DNA of 64,000 nucleotides from assembly GCA_963739455.1 (NCBI GenBank), contig CAVUAK010000001.1:448001-512000 (forward strand), in the 5' to 3' direction. A program made the position numbers and the translations under genes. Shown here piece by piece: positions 8,747 to 18,135 of the stretch; position 1 is the first letter of the stretch, and the number at the start of each line of letters is the position of its first letter. The notes below the pieces were generated by a model. The model made no database searches. It saw only the letters and a list, made by a program, of their open reading frames with translations, and was not told where the DNA came from. The stretch comes from an uncultured Gemmatimonadales bacterium. Lineage in GTDB: Bacteria > Gemmatimonadota > Gemmatimonadetes > Gemmatimonadales > GWC2-71-9.

Positions 8747-10146
8747 ACCGTCCGGATCGTGTAGGTCAGCACCACCTCACCGCGCGCCGGAACCTTCACC
8801 CGGAAACGCTGTACCGAGGACGACACTTTTTCCGCGGGTACCGAGCTCGCCGATACCGACCATTCCCCGCCCCGCTCCTCGCGCACATCCACGGTCTGCG
8901 TGCTGTCCGACCCGTTCCGGATGGTCACCTTGAAGCCGAGTGTCGCAATCGTCCGGGTGACATTGCCGCGCTTCTCGGGGGTGGTGGTGTACTCGGTCTG
9001 TACCCGCTTGGCGGTGAGGTCGAACGCGTTGCCGGCATAGAGCGAAAGATCTTCGCCCGGCGCACTGTGACCGAATGACGCCTCGCCCACGAGCTGCAAC
9101 CGGCCATCGCTGTCCGGGTTGAAGATCCGCGCCGTGCCCCCCGGCAGCGGCTTGTCCCCCAGCGGCGTCTTGAGGGGCCGCTTGATGATGTAGGTCATCT
9201 CGACCGGCACCTCTTCCTCATCCTGCTGCTGCTGCACAAAGCCGTACCATGGCAGCTGGCCCCGAACGACGAGCCGCTTCTCGTACGGCGCGGATGCCGG
9301 GTCGAACAGCGCGATGGTGGTCGTGCTGCCAGGCAGGATGGTCGCCTTGCCCGGCAGTGAGTACAGGTGGAACCCGCCGGATTCCTCCTGGGCCGGCGCC
9401 CCATACGCCTGCACCTTGTTCATGCTCATTTCGGCCCGCGCCGCCATGGGCGACATCCTCGGGCTGGGCGCGGCGGCGCGCGACACGCTTCCCGCCAGCA
9501 GCTGGATCTCGGCATCGGTCGCGCTGAATGACTGCGACGCAATCACGGCATCGCCGGTGACCCGTGCCTCTTTTGCTCCGAGAATCACCGCGTAACTGGC
9601 GTTCCACTGCGCTCCATCGGTGAACCACCCCAGGGGAAGGTCCTTCCGGCCGGCGGCCGACGTGAGCGTCAGCGTGGCCGCCTGCGCCGTGCTCACGGCG
9701 TCGGCCGGGTAACGCAGCGCGCCGCCCGGGTTTCCGAACGCCACCGTGCCATCGGGCATCAGGTATCGCGCCGGATCGACGCCCAGCAGCGTCACCTGGA
9801 ACGTCTCAACGCCGCCGCCCATCTTGCCGCGCTCGACACTCAGCTTCCGGCCCACGAGCCGGCGCAGCACGGCATTCTCGTCTTCCGCCGCGTCGAACAG
9901 CGCCCGGTTGATGATGACGCCGTCATCGAGCGACACCAGCGACGACGGATCGACGGGCCCGAGCTCCACTCGCAGGTCCGACGTGCCCTTGGGCACCGCC
10001 GTGGGAAGCGTGCGACGCACGAGGACACGGCCGTCGTTGTAGACGGTGATGCCGGTCTGTGCGCCGGCGGCGTGAACATGGATGACGGCGATGGCGCCGA
10101 TGAGGAGCAGCGAGCGCGAGCCAGGGCGAAGGGTCGACACATTCAC
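8740..10146 (-). CDS. DUF4139-domain secreted protein
   Basis: Signal peptide, ITVYNDGRVLVR, WNASY, HLYSLP, PLPGGTAR, GNAFDL. GTG start overlaps the upstream stop. Confidence 0.75.
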   Translation of the reverse strand: MNVSTLRPGSRSLLLIGAIAVIHVHAAGAQTGITVYNDGRVLVRRTLPTAVPKGTSDLRVELGPVDPSSLVSLDDGVIINRALFDAAEDENAVLRRLVGRKLSVERGKMGGGVETFQVTLLGVDPARYLMPDGTVAFGNPGGALRYPADAVSTAQAATLTLTSAAGRKDLPLGWFTDGAQWNASYAVILGAKEARVTGDAVIASQSFSATDAEIQLLAGSVSRAAAPSPRMSPMAARAEMSMNKVQAYGAPAQEESGGFHLYSLPGKATILPGSTTTIALFDPASAPYEKRLVVRGQLPWYGFVQQQQDEEEVPVEMTYIIKRPLKTPLGDKPLPGGTARIFNPDSDGRLQLVGEASFGHSAPGEDLSLYAGNAFDLTAKRVQTEYTTTPEKRGNVTRTIATLGFKVTIRNGSDSTQTVDVREERGGEWSVSASSVPAEKVSSSVQRFRVKVPARGEVVLTYTIRTVW

Positions 10147-10460
10147 TCCGTGGGGCCGGTGTGGTCGGGAAGCATCTGGATCGCAATGACGGCCGCGATC
10201 TTCCGTACGAGCAGGTAGGTGATGAGTACGGCCACCCCGGCATACACACGACCCGACGTACCGCCCGGCAACGGCCGCCAGGCCAGGTACCCCGCCATCA
10301 GGACAGCGGCACCCAGCGCCACCTTTCCCGCCAGCCGGCCGGCCTGGCGTTCCCGGCGCACCTGGCACATCGGGCATCGCTCGCCCAGCAACAGCCCTTC
10401 CGTCCGCTTCCCGCAGTCAATGCAGGGAGCCTCAGTGGGCCACCCGGCGCGCGACGGCAT
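10143..10460 (-). CDS. Small membrane protein with N-terminal zinc-ribbon-like CxxC...CxxC
   Basis: CIDC...CPMC followed by two hydrophobic helices, packed into the operon. Confidence 0.6.
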   Translation of the reverse strand: MPSRAGWPTEAPCIDCGKRTEGLLLGERCPMCQVRRERQAGRLAGKVALGAAVLMAGYLAWRPLPGGTSGRVYAGVAVLITYLLVRKIAAVIAIQMLPDHTGPTE

Positions 10461-11454
10461 CGCCGAACTCCTTGGTTGAGGCGCTGCCGCCGAGGTCGCG
10501 CGTGCGAATCCCGTCCTTCACGATCACCTGCTCCACCGCCGCGCGCAGCCGCCGCGCAGCGTCCAGCTCACCCAGATGATCGAGCATCATCGCCGCCGCC
10601 AGCATCTGTGCCGACGGATTGGCCACACCCTTCCCGGCGATGTCGGGGGCGCTGCCGTGCACCGCCTCGAAGATCGCGGCGCGTGTCCCGATGTTGGCGC
10701 CCGGCGCCAGGCCGAGTCCGCCCACCAGCCCGGACACCTCGTCACTCAGGATGTCGCCGAACATGTTGGTGGTGACCATGACGTCGAACTGCTCCGGCCG
10801 CATCACCAGCTGCATCGCTGTGTTGTCCACGATCATGTCGTTCGAGGCCACTCGTCCCGCATACTCGGTGGCCACCTGCTTCCCCACCTCGAGGAACAGC
10901 CCGCTCACCATCTTCAGGATGTTGGCCTTGTGGACGATCGTGACCTTCTTGCGCCCGTGGGTCAGCGCATACTCGAAAGCGTAGCGGATCACGCGCTCAC
11001 AACCGACGCGTGTGACCACCGCGATCGACTCGCCCACCGCCCGGGGGTCATCCCCGATCGGGATGAAGTGCTCATAGCCGACGTAGAGGCCCTCGAGGTT
11101 CTCGCGGACCATCACGATGTCCACGTTCTCGTAGCGGCCACCGGGAACGATCGTCCGTGCCGGCCGGATGTTGGCGTAGAGCTCGAATTCCTTCCGGAGG
11201 CCGACGTTCACGGAACGGAACCCGGTGCCGACCGGCGTCGTGAGCGGTCCCTTGAGCGCCAGGCGCGTGCGGCGAATGCTCTCGATGGTGGCATCGGGCA
11301 GCGGTGTGCCGGTCGCGTCGACCGCGGCAACGCCGGCGAGCTCGTCTTCCCACTCGAAGGACACACCGGCCGCCGCCAGCACCTTCACCGTCTCGGCGGT
11401 GATCTCGGGCCCTATCCCATCACCCTGGATGAGCGTGGCCTGGTGGGTGGTCAT
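10432..11454 (-). CDS. Isocitrate/isopropylmalate dehydrogenase family protein (NAD-IDH-like)
   Basis: GDGIGPEI, LKGPLTTPVG, RENLEGLY, HKANILK, NMFGDILSD, FEAVHGSAPDIAG. Confidence 0.9.
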   Translation of the reverse strand: MTTHQATLIQGDGIGPEITAETVKVLAAAGVSFEWEDELAGVAAVDATGTPLPDATIESIRRTRLALKGPLTTPVGTGFRSVNVGLRKEFELYANIRPARTIVPGGRYENVDIVMVRENLEGLYVGYEHFIPIGDDPRAVGESIAVVTRVGCERVIRYAFEYALTHGRKKVTIVHKANILKMVSGLFLEVGKQVATEYAGRVASNDMIVDNTAMQLVMRPEQFDVMVTTNMFGDILSDEVSGLVGGLGLAPGANIGTRAAIFEAVHGSAPDIAGKGVANPSAQMLAAAMMLDHLGELDAARRLRAAVEQVIVKDGIRTRDLGGSASTKEFGDAVARRVAH

Positions 11455-12125
11455 TCCGGCATCGACTCCGGCGGCACCATGGTCGCAAATGCGGCGCGCA
11501 ACGATGCATCCGCCGTCACACCCTTGCCCGTTGTAATCGTTCGGTACCTGATGTCACCCAGCCGGGGATCGACCAGCACCACCGAGACCTTCGCCAGCAG
11601 CATGCCGGTGGAGTCGCGCTCGAAGACGACGGCGGCTGGAATGATCACCACGCGCGCGTTGGTCACGCCGGAAATGGCACGCAGCTTCGACTGCAGTGGC
11701 TCCGGCACCTTCTTCTTGATCCCCGGGTTCTTCATCGCACCCTGGCCCATGAGGTCCGGGTCGGGAAAGTACCCCGAGCTTCGTATCGAGATCTGTCGCA
11801 GTTCCGGCGGCAGGATCCACTTGGTCTCGTGCAGCACGCTCGTCAGGTAGTCCCCGAACATCGAGTCGAAGTGCCGCAGCCCTGCCACGCGGTTCCAGTA
11901 GAGCGCCAGTGCCGAATCACCCTTCAGGCTGGAATCGGCCCCGATGAAGGTGATGGGGGTAACCGCCACGATCTGCCCGGCGAGTGCCTGGATCCCGAGC
12001 ACCCGGTCCTGGTACTGCTTCTCGTATTTCGATGTCTGGGCGAGCAACGGCATCGTCAGGCCGGCCAGCATCAGCAGCGATACGAAGGCGTGCCGGGCTG
12101 TTCGCGACTTGCTGAGGGGCGTCAC
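11451..12125 (-). CDS. Hypothetical exported protein
   Basis: Signal peptide, ATGA overlap with the IDH gene. Confidence 0.7.
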   Translation of the reverse strand: MTPLSKSRTARHAFVSLLMLAGLTMPLLAQTSKYEKQYQDRVLGIQALAGQIVAVTPITFIGADSSLKGDSALALYWNRVAGLRHFDSMFGDYLTSVLHETKWILPPELRQISIRSSGYFPDPDLMGQGAMKNPGIKKKVPEPLQSKLRAISGVTNARVVIIPAAVVFERDSTGMLLAKVSVVLVDPRLGDIRYRTITTGKGVTADASLRAAFATMVPPESMPE

Positions 12126-12230
12126 GGGAGACCTTTCCGCGCAATTCCGGGCCCGAAGCAGCGTGGGCGCGGCTCCGGCAATCAGTGCGGAAACTAATCG
12201 GGGGTGAAACGGAGTGTCAGGACGAGCCAG

Positions 12231-13088
12231 CTACTCGAGGGAGAGTCCGCCGTCGACGACCAGCGTCTGGCCGGTCACGTGCCGGGCCGAGCCACTACAG
12301 AGGAAGGAGATGACATGGGTGACGTCTTCCGGCTCGGCGAGGCGACCCAGCACCGAGTGCTTCTGGGCCCGCTCCGTCACCTCTTGCGGCAGCATTGCCA
12401 TGCGCTCGGTACGGATGAAGCCCGGTGCCACGGCGTTGACGTTGATATTGGCCGATCCCAGCTCCATCGCCGCCGCGCGGGTCAGGCCCTCGAGCGCCGC
12501 CTTGCTCGCCGCGTAGTTGGCCACGCCGAAGCCGGGACGGTGAGCCTGGTGATCGCTGACCGATACGATCTTGCCGAAGTGCTGGTTCCGCATGTGCGTC
12601 GCGGTGGCGCGGATGCAGTTGAACGCGCCCGTGACGTTGGTGTCCATCACCTCGCGCCACGACTCATCGCTCATGCGCCAGAGGGCACCGTCGTGGGCGA
12701 TACCGGCGTTGTTGATGAGGAAGTGAAGCCCGCCAAGGCGTGAGCGCGTGTCACTGACGAACCGCTCGACCTGCAGCGCGTCGCGCACGTCACAGCGAGC
12801 CGCATGCACCTTCACGCCGAAGGAGGAAATCGTCGTCTCGGTGAGCAGCGCCTGTTCGCTCACGTCGCGACCGGGGAGGCTCACATAGCAGAAGGCAACG
12901 TCGCAGCCAAGGCGCGCAAACTCGAGGCAGATCGCCCGCCCGAGCCCGGTGGCCCCTCCGGTAATGACGGCGACCTTCCCTGGGAAACCCTCGTCGATCG
13001 GCTGTGGCAGCGGTTGCTCCGCGGTCGTAACGGATGCTTCGGTGCTTGCTTCCCATGCCTGGCTGGCACGGCGCGGGGTCATGGGCAT
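12231..13088 (-). CDS. SDR family oxidoreductase (FabG-like)
   Basis: TGGATGLG, NNAG, YAASK, NAVAPG, TGQTLVVDGG. Start uncertain. Confidence 0.9.
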   Translation of the reverse strand: MPMTPRRASQAWEASTEASVTTAEQPLPQPIDEGFPGKVAVITGGATGLGRAICLEFARLGCDVAFCYVSLPGRDVSEQALLTETTISSFGVKVHAARCDVRDALQVERFVSDTRSRLGGLHFLINNAGIAHDGALWRMSDESWREVMDTNVTGAFNCIRATATHMRNQHFGKIVSVSDHQAHRPGFGVANYAASKAALEGLTRAAAMELGSANINVNAVAPGFIRTERMAMLPQEVTERAQKHSVLGRLAEPEDVTHVISFLCSGSARHVTGQTLVVDGGLSLE

Positions 13089-13141
13089 GGGACACCGAAG
13101 GTACGGCCCGGACTGGGACCCGGCAAGCTACATTGGGGGCC

Positions 13142-15175
13142 ATGACCTCCCTGCTCTGGGTGCTGGCCGCACTGGCGGGTGCGGGCGGATGGGCGGTGCT
13201 GGCGCTGGCTCGCGGAGAGTCGGTGAGCGCCGGGTGGCTCATCGCTGCTGCGGTCGGCACCTACGTCATCGCCTATCGCTACTACGGTCGGTTCCTGGCG
13301 ACGCGCGTCACCGGCCTCGATGACCGCCGGGCCACGCCCGCCGAGCGGCTGGGCAACGGCCGCGACTTCGTGCCCACAGGCCGGTGGGTGCTCTTCGGAC
13401 ATCACTTCGCCGCCATCGCGGGGGCGGGTCCCCTCGTGGGGCCGGTGCTGGCAGCCCAGTTCGGATACCTCCCCGGCACGCTGTGGATCGTGTTCGGTGT
13501 CGTGCTGGCCGGCGCGGTGCAGGACTACGTGATTCTCTTCGCCTCGATGCGGCGTGATGGGAAGTCGCTGGGCCGGATGGCGCGCGACGAGATTGGTCCG
13601 GTCACCGGCATCCTCGCGATGGTCGCCATCCTGGCGATCATGGTGATCCTGCTCGCGGTGCTGGCGCTGGTGGTGACCCGGTCACTCGCCGAGAGTCCCT
13701 GGGGCGTCTTCACCATTGCCTGCACCATCCCGATCGCGATCCTGATGGGATTCTGGATGGAGCGCTGGCGCCCCGGTCGCACGCTGGAGGCGTCGGCCAT
13801 TGGCGTGCTGCTGCTCATCGCAGCCCTGGTCGGAGGGCGGTGGGTGGCCGCGTCGCCCGTGCTCGCGCCGCTCTTTACCTGGCCGGCGAAGACCATCGCG
13901 TGGGGCATCATCGGCTATGGCTTCCTGGCCTCGGTGCTCCCGGTGTGGATGCTCCTCTGTCCCCGCGATTATCTCTCGACCTTCATGAAGATCGGGACCA
14001 TCACGCTGCTCGCGGTGGGGCTGATCGTGGTGCACCCGCCGCTGCAGATGCCGGCCGTCACCCGGTTCATCGATGGCAGCGGCCCCGTCTTCGCCGGCAG
14101 GCTCTTTCCCTTCGTGTTCATCACCATTGCCTGCGGCGCCATCAGCGGCTTTCACGCGCTCATTGCCTCAGGGACGACACCGAAAATGGTGCGCCGCGAG
14201 GGAGACGCCCGCCTCATCGGCTATGGCGCCATGCTCATGGAATCCTTCGTTGCGGTGATGGCCATGGCGGCCGCCGCGGCGCTCGATCCCGGCACCTACT
14301 TCGCCATGAACGTGCCCGTCGGCGCCCTTGGCGGTTCGGTCGAGTCGGCAGCTGCCGTCATCCAGGGATGGGGATTTGCCTTCTCGCCGGCAGATTTTCA
14401 CGCGCTGACGGCTTCTGTGGGAGAGCAGACGCTGCTCTCGCGCACCGGCGGTGCCGCCACGCTCGCCGTCGGCATCGCCCAGGTGTTCAGCAGCGTCTTC
14501 GGCAATGGATTGATGGGGCTCTGGTACCACTTCGCCATCATGTTCGAGGCACTGTTCATTCTCACCACCGTCGACGCCGGCACCCGGGTCGGGCGCTTCA
14601 TGCTGCAGGAGTTGCTGGGTCATGCCTATGCGCCACTGGGGCGCACGTCCTGGTATCCCAGCAGTGTGCTCGCGTCGGCAGTGGTCGTGGCGGGGTGGGG
14701 CTACTTCCTCATCCAGGGCGTCATCGACCCCAATGGCGGCATCAACTCGCTCTGGCCGCTCTTCGGCATCAGCAACCAGCTGCTGGCCACCATTGCCCTC
14801 TGCGTCGGGACAACCGTGATCGTGAAGGCAGGAAAGGCGCGGTTCGCCTGGGTCACGGTCCTCCCACTGCTGTGGGTGCTCACGGTGACGTTCACCGCGA
14901 GCTGGCAGAAGGTACTCTCGCCTGATCCCAGGCTCGGATTCCTGTCGCTGGCGGATCGCACCATGGCGAAGGTGAGCGCGGGAGAGATGGCGGCGGAGCT
15001 GGGACGCCAGGTGGCGTTCAATGCCCGGCTCGATGCACTGCTCACCACCATGTTCGTGGCGGTGACGCTGGTCGTCGTCCTGATGTCGCTGCGGGAGTGG
15101 GTGCTGGTGCTGCGCGGCCGGAAGCCGGCGCACGCGCAGGAAACCCCCTTCGTCGAGACAGCCTATGCTGGGTAG
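13142..15175 (+). CDS. cstA: Carbon starvation protein A family peptide/pyruvate transporter
   Basis: FGHHFAAIAGAGPLVGP, RDYLS, ITIACGAISGFH, LWPLFGISNQLLA. Confidence 0.95.
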   Translation: MTSLLWVLAALAGAGGWAVLALARGESVSAGWLIAAAVGTYVIAYRYYGRFLATRVTGLDDRRATPAERLGNGRDFVPTGRWVLFGHHFAAIAGAGPLVGPVLAAQFGYLPGTLWIVFGVVLAGAVQDYVILFASMRRDGKSLGRMARDEIGPVTGILAMVAILAIMVILLAVLALVVTRSLAESPWGVFTIACTIPIAILMGFWMERWRPGRTLEASAIGVLLLIAALVGGRWVAASPVLAPLFTWPAKTIAWGIIGYGFLASVLPVWMLLCPRDYLSTFMKIGTITLLAVGLIVVHPPLQMPAVTRFIDGSGPVFAGRLFPFVFITIACGAISGFHALIASGTTPKMVRREGDARLIGYGAMLMESFVAVMAMAAAAALDPGTYFAMNVPVGALGGSVESAAAVIQGWGFAFSPADFHALTASVGEQTLLSRTGGAATLAVGIAQVFSSVFGNGLMGLWYHFAIMFEALFILTTVDAGTRVGRFMLQELLGHAYAPLGRTSWYPSSVLASAVVVAGWGYFLIQGVIDPNGGINSLWPLFGISNQLLATIALCVGTTVIVKAGKARFAWVTVLPLLWVLTVTFTASWQKVLSPDPRLGFLSLADRTMAKVSAGEMAAELGRQVAFNARLDALLTTMFVAVTLVVVLMSLREWVLVLRGRKPAHAQETPFVETAYAG

Positions 15176-15434
15176 GTCGTCAGTCGGCAGTCAGCAGTCG
15201 GCAGACAGTCGTGAGCCAGCTGTCGACTCCCTGCCGACTGCCGACTCACGACTGACGACTATCGTGCGCACTGTCGCCAGGGCCATTCGCCAAGTCGCCG
15301 GCATGCCTGATTATCTCGCCTACGTCGAACACCAGCGCCACTATCATCCCGAGCGGCCACCACTTGGCGAGCGTGAGTTCTTTGCGGAATACCTGAGGGC
15401 CCGCTACGCCGACGGCCCCAACCGGTGCTGCTGA
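15165..15434 (+). CDS. YbdD/YjiX family small protein (CstA partner)
   Basis: GMPDYLAYVEH...HP...EFF...RY...RCC terminus directly after cstA. The N-terminal part is repeat-derived, so the start may be GTG 15264. Confidence 0.85.
   Translation: MLGRSSVGSQQSADSREPAVDSLPTADSRLTTIVRTVARAIRQVAGMPDYLAYVEHQRHYHPERPPLGEREFFAEYLRARYADGPNRCC
15176..15260. repeat. Inverted arrays of 7-mers (GTCGGCA)n ... (CTGCCGA)n forming a long imperfect hairpin
   Basis: gtcgtca-gtcggca-gtcagca-gtcggca pairs with ctgccga-ctgccga-ctcacga-ctgacga. Confidence 0.8.
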
Positions 15435-15994
15435 TGCAAACGCCCCTGTCGCGTACCCTGCTCCGCAGCTTCCTCAACGGCCTCATCGTCCTGGGACCGG
15501 TGGCGCTCACGGTGTACATCTGCGTGCTGGCCTTCCAGTTCGTGGATGGCTGGCTGCACATCCCGATTCCCGGCGTGGGCTTCGTGGTGACCGTGGCGCT
15601 CGTGACGTTGCTGGGGTTCGTCACCTCGAACGTGGTGGCCCGCGGTGCCGTTGGTGTGGTGGACAAGCTCTTCGCGCGGCTTCCCTTCGTGCGCCTCCTC
15701 TACACTGCGCTTCGCGATGTCTTCGGCGCGTTCGTGGGAGACCAGAAGCGCTTCACCATTCCCGTCATGGTGGAGTTGGCACCGGATACCGGTGTCCGCG
15801 TGATGGGGTTCCTGACCCAGCCTGAACTTGGGGAGTTTGCGCTGCCTGATCACGTCGCCGTGTACCTGCCGCAGTCCTACAACTTCGCGGGACAGACCAT
15901 CGTGGTGCCGGCCGATCGCATCACCAGGCTGGATGCGAAACCGTCCGACGTGCTGGCGTTTATCGTCTCAGGCGGCATCTCACACGGAACGTGA
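15434..15994 (+). CDS. DUF502 family membrane protein
   Basis: FLNGLIVLGPVALT, RLPFVRLLY, VAVYLPQSYNFAG, FIVSGG. TGATG overlap. Confidence 0.85.
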   Translation: MQTPLSRTLLRSFLNGLIVLGPVALTVYICVLAFQFVDGWLHIPIPGVGFVVTVALVTLLGFVTSNVVARGAVGVVDKLFARLPFVRLLYTALRDVFGAFVGDQKRFTIPVMVELAPDTGVRVMGFLTQPELGEFALPDHVAVYLPQSYNFAGQTIVVPADRITRLDAKPSDVLAFIVSGGISHGT

Positions 15995-16007
15995 CCTCGA
16001 GTACCGC

Positions 16008-16028
16008 TTCCCTGTTCCCTGTTCCCTG
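16008..16028. repeat. Tandem 7-mer (TTCCCTG)x3
   Basis: Directly visible between convergent genes. Confidence 0.8.
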
Positions 16029-16039
16029 TCCTCCGTTGT

Positions 16040-16933
16040 TCAAGGCGAAGGCTTCAGCACCGCAATCCAGTCAGTAAGCCACTTCCCCGTGCGCGATATG
16101 ACCGCCGAGCTGTCGTTCTCCAGGAAGGTGTAGCCGTCCCGGCCCAGGAGCGGCGCGTCGTACACGCCCCGCTGCCGCGCGACACCCCGGGCTTCCAGCA
16201 GCGCCTCGAGACTCTGCTTCGTGCCGATCCAGAGGAGCGCATCCGACGCGCGAGTGGCTGCGCGCGGAGGGATGCCGGCACTGTCCGGTGACTCGTAGAT
16301 CGACGCGAGGAAGGACGTGGCCACCGGGTCGTCGCTGAAACTGAGCAACGTCAGGTAGCGGACCTTGAGGTTCTCGTCTGGCGCAGCGCGAAAGAGGGCC
16401 ATCAGCGTATCGGGTGTCCCACCACCCAGCCGCCCCAGCGTCCAGGCATCGGCCAGGCCGTATTTCCCCCCTGGCACCTGGGCGAGTATCCGGGACCGCA
16501 TGGCAGCATCGCCCACCTTCACTCGCTCCGCCTGCAGCTCGATGGCGCGGAGCGGCTCGATGAGGTCGCCGGGATCGATACCGGGCGGCCCTTTGACATT
16601 CCCCTCCATGATGCGGCCCCGGAGGTGCGCCGCGCTGTCGGCGTAGGCCGGCTTCTGGAGCTCCGCGAGCCGCGTCAGCGCCATCAGCCCCTCGTTCCAG
16701 GGCACCTTGCCCGACAGCGCCTGTCCGGACCTGGCCCACAGCACCGCCGGATTGGACAGGCTCATGATGCGCGCCACGGTATCGGCAGACGCCGAACCCA
16801 TCTTGAGGCCGTCGTGCAGCTCGGAGTACGCGGACCGCGTCGAGTCTGCCAGGCGTATCTGCACCTGTCCCGCGAGCGGCGCCGCCGCCCCCATTACCAG
16901 CATCGCCGAAAGTGCGCCGAGCTGCCGCATCAT
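16040..16933 (-). CDS. Hypothetical exported alpha-helical protein
   Basis: Start MMRQLGALSAML overlaps the MFS stop (ATGA), signal peptide. The longer ORF upstream is a shadow of the MFS gene. Confidence 0.7.
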   Translation of the reverse strand: MMRQLGALSAMLVMGAAAPLAGQVQIRLADSTRSAYSELHDGLKMGSASADTVARIMSLSNPAVLWARSGQALSGKVPWNEGLMALTRLAELQKPAYADSAAHLRGRIMEGNVKGPPGIDPGDLIEPLRAIELQAERVKVGDAAMRSRILAQVPGGKYGLADAWTLGRLGGGTPDTLMALFRAAPDENLKVRYLTLLSFSDDPVATSFLASIYESPDSAGIPPRAATRASDALLWIGTKQSLEALLEARGVARQRGVYDAPLLGRDGYTFLENDSSAVISRTGKWLTDWIAVLKPSP

Positions 16934-18132
16934 GATTCCGCCTTTTCCTTGCCGATGACAATCAACCACCACGCGGCCGCCAGCAACGTCAGCATGCCTG
17001 ACGCGAGAAGTGCCTTCGATCCGCCAAGGTACTGGTACGTCACCCCGAAGAGCGCCGCCGCCGGCAGCGCCGCGAGGCCCGTGATGGCGTTGAATGCGCC
17101 GAACCCGCTCCCCATCCGCTTCGGTGACAGTTTCGCGACGAGCGCCCGTTCGGCTGGTTCGGTCAGGCCGGCGACGCCACCGAGAAGGAGGAATACTGCC
17201 GCGGCTGCACCCGCACCAAGGTTCCGTGACAGCAGGCCGACCACGATCGCGAAGAGTACGCTGCCCGCCGCCACCGCGACGCGCGGGCCCATCCTGTCGG
17301 AAAGCCAGCCACCGGGATACGACCCGGCGCTCCGGACCACGTGCAGCCCACCCCAGAGCAGCGGGATGGTCGCCGCGGCCACGCCCAGGTCCTGTACCCG
17401 GAGGAGGAGCAGCGCCTCGGGGAGCCGCGCGAGCGCGAGGAGCGAGAGCGCCAGCACTGCGGGCCAGAATGTACGCGGTCGTGCGCTGCCGGGGGACTCC
17501 ATCGGCGCGTCCGCGGCGCGTGCTGGCGCCGGGCGCCGGGTGACACGAAGCACCACGGTGAGGGTGACGAGCGCCAGGATACCCGGCACCACGCTCCACC
17601 CGATGACCTGTCGCACGCCCATGCCGCGCGCGAGCAGTGCCCACGCCACTACCGACCCCACCACCGCGCCGAGGTGATCGAGGGCCCGGTGAAAGCCGAA
17701 GGCGCGCCCGCGCATGTGTGCTGGCGTGACATCGGCGATCATCGCATCGCGGGGTGCGGTGCGCAGTCCCTTCCCGATGCGATCGATGACACGGAAGCCG
17801 ACGACCTGCGTCGCCGCCGATGCAATCGCACTGAGGGGACGCACGAAAACCGCGGTGGCGTAGCCGACCAGAATGAGCGGACCCCGGAGCTCGGTGCGGT
17901 CCGCCAGGCGCCCGCTGATCCACTTGAGCGCCGCACCGGTCAATTCTGCCGCGCCGTCAAGCACACCGAGAATTGCGGGGCCGCCGCCCAGCGTGCGTAC
18001 GATGAAGTTGGGGAGGAGCGGATACACCATCTCGCTTGCCACATCATTCCACAGCGAGACGAACGAGAGCCCGACAACGGCAGGTGGAATGCGGTCGCTG
18101 CGAACTGCGGTCGACGGCGCTGGAGTGGTCAT
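16930..18132 (-). CDS. MFS transporter
   Basis: About 12 hydrophobic segments, GRLADR and GGWLSDRMGPR motifs, DRIGKGLRTAPRDA. Confidence 0.9.
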   Translation of the reverse strand: MTTPAPSTAVRSDRIPPAVVGLSFVSLWNDVASEMVYPLLPNFIVRTLGGGPAILGVLDGAAELTGAALKWISGRLADRTELRGPLILVGYATAVFVRPLSAIASAATQVVGFRVIDRIGKGLRTAPRDAMIADVTPAHMRGRAFGFHRALDHLGAVVGSVVAWALLARGMGVRQVIGWSVVPGILALVTLTVVLRVTRRPAPARAADAPMESPGSARPRTFWPAVLALSLLALARLPEALLLLRVQDLGVAAATIPLLWGGLHVVRSAGSYPGGWLSDRMGPRVAVAAGSVLFAIVVGLLSRNLGAGAAAAVFLLLGGVAGLTEPAERALVAKLSPKRMGSGFGAFNAITGLAALPAAALFGVTYQYLGGSKALLASGMLTLLAAAWWLIVIGKEKAES

Positions 18133-18135
18133 GGC

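Noticed and set aside
6710..8764. Long opposite-strand ORFs (684 aa here, also 37270..39159, 59322..60878 and others)
   Set aside because: Antisense shadows of real high-GC genes, Arg/Pro-rich with no motifs
15425..15436. Selenocysteine read-through at the YbdD TGA
   Set aside because: The protein already ends in the family RCC, and the TGA overlaps the next ATG. No SECIS was recognised.
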